64,000 bases of DNA, taken from Eledone cirrhosa (Eukaryota). A model generated the notes under the pieces. That model was not told where the DNA came from. It made no database searches and saw only the letters and a program-made list of their open reading frames with translations. Made by a program: the position numbers and the translations under genes. Positions 59,016 through 64,000 of the stretch are shown in pieces. Position 1 is the stretch's first letter. Each line of letters opens with the position of its first letter. The stretch covers positions 409,262,001 to 409,326,000 of the forward strand of contig OZ024740.1 in NCBI GenBank assembly GCA_964016885.1, read 5' to 3'.

Positions 59016-59145
59016 AAAGCTTCCGTAAAGCTTCTGAATTGAATAACAAACTTGAAGTTGTAGTTCTTAATGTTTCTCAAATTCTTTGTTCTCGTTAGTC
59101 TTCTCTAAGAGTATCCTCTTCTATCAATAAAAGAACTGCATTTAA

Positions 59146-59343
59146 CCCTTTAGCATTTAAACCGGCCGTATATGGCCAGAATTCTTACACCTCTTTCTGT
59201 TCAAAGCGTCCGTAACTGGCCACTCATACTGACGTTAAGGTATTGTTCTCAAAATAAATAATATCAAAATCTCATAGATTCGATATAAAGCCTTTACCAC
59301 GAAAATATAACAGTAAATATAGAGTAATGTAAATGTTAAAGGG
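59146..59343. mobile_element. piggyBac-type MITE (198 bp)
   Basis: TTAA flanks at 59142-59145 and 59344-59347. Terminal inverted repeats CCCTTTAGCATTTA (59146-59159) and TAAATGTTAAAGGG (59330-59343) match at 13/14. CCC...GGG ends with TTAA target duplication are piggyBac hallmarks. Confidence 0.85.
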
Positions 59344-59546
59344 TTAAATATCTTCATTGGTATAAACTCTTGTAGGGTGGATCGTGAGAAGTAACATTAA
59401 GCGCCAAAAGCATTCACCTTATTTTCTTATCTTTACTGATAAATTGATGACCACCTGAGTACCCAAGTGTGTTGTTGACTACATCAATAGAAAGTTTGAA
59501 ACCTTTCTGGTATTTATTCACTGCTGGAAAGAAAAGTGAGAAAAAC

Positions 59547-59867
59547 TAACTCGGCGGCAGTATGTTGAATTTTTATGCCACATACATTGTTACCACAGAA
59601 TCGTTGATGGATAAACTACTTGGTTACTGCCTCTTCGAGATTTATAACTTTTGCAACACTCATACGTTTTTCCAGACCAGCAGATGATGATTTAGAATTC
59701 GCATCAACATTATATTTTAAGGAAAATTCAATACATTTCTCCTTAACCTTGCGTATTCTCGAAACCACTTATATTTCTACTCCTCACAATCTCACTGCCG
59801 AAGCACTAGCCAATAATTTCATTAGAAGTTGCAGTTTCTGCTTCACAGATAGTGCCATATACTTCTG
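59547..59867 (-). pseudogene. Degenerate Tigger/pogo (TIGD/Jerky/CENP-B family) transposase N-terminal DNA-binding region
   Basis: Manual minus-strand translation from 59867: QKYMALSVKQKLQLLMKLLASASAVRL*GVEI*VVSRIRKVKEKCIEFSLKYNVDANSKSSSAGLEKRMSVAKVINLEEAVTK*FIHQRFCGNNVCGIKIQHTAAEL. This resembles the HTH_psq-like (LS..QK..L...L; VS.IRK.KEK) and CENP-B/Tc5 HTH (LEEAV.KWF.Q.R..G..V.G..IQ..A) domains, with 3 in-frame stops. Confidence 0.75.
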
Positions 59868-60162
59868 AAGTCATGGTGTAAAGTATAGGACTGAAAGAGG
59901 CTTAATCACTGAAATATCAATGCAAATTGTAGAGAAATACAAGTTAGGATGTGTTCATATGCAGGTGTCACTGTGCTACCGTGCTGGATTTCCTAGTCTG
60001 ACACAAGTGTTGCTCAAAATATACAACATTTAGGCTACTTCTACCTAATTCAGTCTTTGAAAGCAAATTATGGCCAATTTTTATGGTATTGCAAAACCAG
60101 AATCATTATGATTTTTCAACAAATTCATGTATACAAATTCTCATCATAAAAACGTAGTGTTT

Positions 60163-60605
60163 ATTCATCATCACCATTATCCGGCAGCCTCAGCCGAAAT
60201 GGACTCAACAATTGATCTCCACGTGGGTCTGTTATTTATTGCCGTTGCCAAGTCTTGGATTTCAACACCAGAATCTCTGGAGATGGCATCGGGGTAGGAG
60301 AGCTTGCGCCCCCTATTATTAGTGACTGCTTGTGGTTTCCAAAGCACCGATGGGGACACAGCCTCGCAGGTGGCACGATGGCAGTGGCCATCAAATCTTA
60401 CTCTCATCTTACATACAACAGATATGCGTGGGAGACAGGTATATATCTCTCTCAAAGTCACATGTCGCTAGCTTATGTTCTGAATGTGCTGAAGCAGGCG
60501 AGTGTAAATGCGATGAAGATGCTTTTGTTGTTTGGGTTAAAGCGTCCATGTTTCACTTCCATATAGCAAGATTGGTTGAATTGTTACTTGGTGTGGTTGG
60601 AAGGA
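60163..60605 (-). mobile_element. RTE-clade LINE 3' fragment (ORF C-terminus plus short TGA-repeat tail)
   Basis: Minus strand reads IQPILLYGSETWTL* (~60580-60537), the LLYG.ETW motif typical of RTE. It continues into ORF 60177-60461 (RVRFDGHCHR...VLWKP...RGR...TWRSIV). The stop is followed by TGGTGATGATGA. Confidence 0.85.
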
Positions 60606-60765
60606 TTTGAGTGTAAAAGCGAATGAATAAGTTTTATATAAGTACCAGACTCAATATAGATAGAAAGCAGCAGGATGAGAAGGGATGATTTAATTAGAAT
60701 AGTAAGAAAGTTAAGAGGCTTGTTAGAGCGTGTATTTCTAAGAGAATGATGTAAAAGAAAATAAT

Positions 60766-60976
60766 TGTTTCTACTTTTGGCACAAGGCCAGCAATAACCC
60801 AGTGCATTACTGGTACTTTATTTTATCGACCCCGTAAGGATGAAAGGCAAAGTTAACCTCGGCGGGATTTGAGCTCAGAATGGCAAGGGCCGTAACTCTA
60901 TGCGTCAAAGCATGGCGTCCGACCCTCAACCAATACTGCCAATCCATCGCCATTTTGCCAATCCATCATCATTTGT
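60766..60976 (-). mobile_element. tRNA-derived SINE, copy 1
   Basis: Reverse-complement homologue of 61361-61547. It is flanked by a perfect 17-bp target-site duplication ATGTAAAAGAAAATAAT (60749-60765 and 60977-60993). Confidence 0.9.
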
Positions 60977-61360
60977 ATGTAAAAGAAAATAATAAACAAG
61001 ATGTGTGCTGGTGACACGCTCACCATTGGTCCATACTTTTTGCCACATTTCTATTATTCCGTCTCACACTCAGTACATGCAGTACATGAGATAATGCAAA
61101 TATCCATGGTTAGTGCAGTGCTATCCCAGAATAATTGCAAAAGTAAGAGGTAACAGAAAATTCGTTTCCCATTATGCTCCATAAAAATGTTATGCTGGTA
61201 TGTACAACAGAGGTCCCCCTCCGTTCTCCACTATAGAATCTTTACATTCAGAATGATATAGCTATTAGTGCCTCACTTAGATACACATTCGCACACATGT
61301 ATTTCATGACTCATACACTGTTCATTTTCCTGACATTTGAACATTATTCTATGTACTATA

Positions 61361-61547
61361 AAGGGCGCTGGATTGGCAGTATCGGGAGAGGGTCGGACGC
61401 CATGCTTTCCAGCATAGTTACGTCCCTTTATGATCTGAGTTCAAATCCCGCCGAGGTTGACTTTGCTTTTCATCCTTACGGGGTCGATAAAATAAAGTAC
61501 CAGTAATGAACTGGGTAATTGCTGGCCTTGTGCCTAAAGTAGAAACA
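61361..61547 (+). mobile_element. tRNA-derived SINE, copy 2 (full-length)
   Basis: Pol III A-box-like TGGCAGTATCGG, B-box GAGTTCAAATCCC, and central domain TTTCATCCTTACGGGGTCGATAAAATAAAGTACCAG. Perfect 18-bp target-site duplication ATTATTCTATGTACTATA (61343-61360 and 61548-61565). Confidence 0.93.
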
Positions 61548-61565
61548 ATTATTCTATGTACTATA

Positions 61566-61630
61566 CATGCACCTTTGATGAGTTGTAGTACACCTGAGCA
61601 CTGTACACAATAATTTCATTATTATTATTA
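61566..61630 (+). mobile_element. Possible 3' tail of an older non-LTR retroelement ending in (ATT)n
   Basis: GTAGTACACCTGAGCACTGTACACAATAATTTCATTATTATTATTA; an (ATT)n terminus is typical of non-LTR 3' ends. The family could not be established. Confidence 0.3.
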
Positions 61631-62276
61631 TCTATATATCTAAAACAGAGAATGTCTGTCTGTCTGTCCCCCTAAAACTCGAGAACCACCAAACCGATTT
61701 TTTTTCAAACTTTACACATGTAATACTTATGGTCGTGGGAGTGTTAAATTTTCAATGCCCTAGAGACCACATTAGGTGCCGGTTAGCGATCTCTCTCTCT
61801 TTCTTAGTCTGTCTTTTTAGATAGATACATAGCTATAACGTCGCGCCCTTATAATATCTGTCTGTATGTCTGACTGTCTGCATTACGACATTATGAAAAC
61901 ATTGACTTCGCTATCTGTGTGTGTGTGTATATATGTATATATAGTGTGTGTATATATATATATATATATAGTGTGTAACGTTTTTCGAAATATTTACTTC
62001 TGCGTTCACAGATAGATTTTTTTAGTTTCAGAGGATCCCGTGAAAGCAGAAAGGTGCTTAAACTTTAATCTGTTATTTGAATATATATATTATTTTAATA
62101 TATATATATTAAGTTAAACCCCTGGTAATCTACGACGAATTTTTTTTATAAGCACAAAATGTAGACACCATCCCCAGGCCGAGGTATTCCGTACTTCTCT
62201 GTACTGTTTCAGAAAGGAGGGATAAACATGCCAATCTTTGTTTAGAATCCCGAGCAACGCCGGGCCATTCTGCTAG
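61631..62276 (+). mobile_element. Non-autonomous Helitron (646 bp)
   Basis: Begins TC (TCTATATAT, 61631) after host A and ends CTAG (62273-62276) before host T. Subterminal GC hairpin CCCG-AGCAACGC-CGGG (62249-62264). No target-site duplication. Internal (TGTC)n, (CT)n and (GT)n(TA)n tracts. Confidence 0.85.
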
Positions 62277-62359
62277 TTATATCTAAAGTGGAAAACATGG
62301 TTATCGCCAAACACAACAACACTATCTATACCAAGTATGTCGATAATATATTTATTATG

Positions 62360-62532
62360 CTTTGTATCACAGAGTTATGGCCCTTTACGTTCTCAGTTCA
62401 AATCCTGCCGAGGTTAGCTTTGCTTTCATCATTACGGGGTCAATAAAATAAAGCACCAGTCATGCACGGGGTCAATTTAATCAACTTTCCCTTTCCCCCA
62501 AAATTGTTGTCCTTGTGCCTAAATCAGACACC
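62360..62532 (+). mobile_element. tRNA-derived SINE, copy 3 (5'-truncated, longer 3' variant)
   Basis: B-box CAGTTCAAATCCT and a diverged version of the same central domain. Extra segment GGGGTCAATTTAATCAACTTTCCCTTTCCCCCAAA. Target-site duplication AATATATT(T/C)ATTATG at 62345-62359 and 62533-62547 (14/15). Confidence 0.85.
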
Positions 62533-62973
62533 AATATATTCATTATGACTAACAATGACAAAAATGTCTTTAAGATGACATCGGACATAATTCCACCCTA
62601 ACGATTCCAATCCATCATAACACCAGCAGAAACTTAGTTCAGAATACCACCTCACACTTAGACATAAATATGAGAATTAAAGATAACATATGTAACACAA
62701 GACACACAAATAATCACCTATGCCAATACACACGAGGAGTGGCGGACTAGGTCTAAAAATATTGGTTGCCAGGAGATGAAGGGGGCCCACCTACATATAG
62801 AATGTTATCATTTAGTTTTTATAATGAATAAATAACATTTTCAAAAAATACATAAGTGGAAACAAAACAGTGCAATCACATTTTTGCAGGAAAATATCTT
62901 ACCTTCTCCAATATTATGTACTTTGCGAAATCCAGACTTTCAATAATGACCTTTGGTCTTTCACACTCACTCA

Positions 62974-63137
<164 letters not shown>

Positions 63138-63204
63138 CAACACAATTGATACAGTATATGGAAGAAATATATTAGGTTAACGCTTGAAATAGAAGAGGGT
63201 CTAT

Positions 63205-63352
63205 ACAATATATAAATATATATGGGAGTGCGTGTATATGTGTGCATGTACATGTGTATATATATATTTATATATATGTATACATAACATGTTTTCAACT
63301 TGTACAAAAATCCCTAGGGATCTAATTGAGATTGTATATGTATATATATATT
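63205..63352. repeat. Degenerate TA/TG-rich low-complexity region
   Basis: Interspersed (TA)n, TATG and TG runs. Confidence 0.7.
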
Positions 63353-63531
63353 TAACGAAGGAAGTGTGGTAAGGAACCAGGTGGACCATAACGCACCAGA
63401 GTACTTGATACTTTGGGTAGTAGAGTGGGTAATAGGAAAAAGGTTGAAGACTATAGGTTGAGGACTAAAAGGTTGAGGCTATAGCCGTCGAAACGGCTTG
63501 AGCTCTGCCGTCGGGGTCCTCAACCTTTTCC

Positions 63532-63597
63532 TATATATATGTTTTTATATATATATATGTGTGTGTATACATATACATATATATATATGTATATGTA

Positions 63598-63642
<45 letters not shown>
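63532..63642. repeat. Compound (TA)n/(TG)n/(TATATG)n microsatellite
   Basis: Directly visible. Confidence 0.92.
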
Positions 63643-63645
<3 letters not shown>

Positions 63646-63722
63646 CCCCCCCCACTATCAAGAGCGTGAAATTAATAAACCCTTGTTCGTACTGCCTCTC
63701 TGTTTTGTTCCCGTTCCATTTT

Positions 63723-63726
<4 letters not shown>

Positions 63727-63755
<29 letters not shown>
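63727..63755. repeat. (TA)n microsatellite
   Basis: Directly visible, ~14 units. Confidence 0.95.
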
Positions 63756-63757
<2 letters not shown>

Positions 63758-64000
63758 TCTTTCAAACCTGATATGGAACTTAAAATGCAAGAATATAGAC
63801 TATTCATTAGCTTGGAAAACAGTTTCAGAAGCACCCGCGTACTGAAACACAGCTTTATCTAGATTCTGTAAATTGTGTATTGATGAAATTTTTTATATAC
63901 TTAACTGTAAAAACTCTATTAATCTAAGAACGAATTTATTTAATTCTTGTAAACATCGCCAGAATTCAATATATAACTTATAATTATACTTATAATAATC

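Noticed and set aside
59507-59560. Possible fourth, degenerate SINE (CTGGTATTTATT...CTCGGCGG)
   Set aside because: Similarity is weak and the CTCGGCGG part is explained by the Tigger-like reading frame.
58583-60610. + strand ORFs 58583-58786, 59620-59868, 60255-60566 and 60332-60610 as genes
   Set aside because: They are antisense shadows of minus-strand LINE and transposase relics.
61361-61460. tRNA gene
   Set aside because: The A/B boxes belong to a SINE head; no cloverleaf is evident, and it has a target-site duplication and a SINE body.
61297-61506. 69-aa ORF
   Set aside because: It runs through SINE copy 2 and is not a gene.
62728-62800. Possible hAT-like MITE end (AGTGGCGGACTAGG...GGGGGCCCAC)
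   Set aside because: No matching second terminal repeat or target-site duplication was found in the window.

Overview
Eukaryotic, non-genic DNA at the edge of a large satellite array. The flanking SINE/LINE families resemble those I recall from octopus genomes; the taxon is an inference. Positions 1-~58033 are one uninterrupted head-to-tail array of about 1,260 copies of a 46-bp monomer (consensus GATATCAACACAACTTTCGACATTTAGTCATCGATCTCATGCATGT, ~37% GC) with a conserved dyad core. The array is layered: an indel-free zone of giant higher-order repeats (HORs; 90-mer = 4140 bp and 111-mer = 5106 bp), a transition zone, an older indel-bearing ~4-5 kb HOR layer, and a divergent monomeric edge. The last 6 kb is a dense patchwork of transposable element (TE) relics: a Tx1/L1-like LINE 3' fragment, a piggyBac-type MITE, a Tigger/pogo transposase pseudogene, an RTE LINE 3' fragment, three tRNA-derived SINEs with target-site duplications (two forming an inverted pair), a non-autonomous Helitron and (TA)n microsatellites. 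No intact protein-coding gene, CRISPR array or prokaryotic system is supported. All analysis was by eye; no alignment or database search was run.
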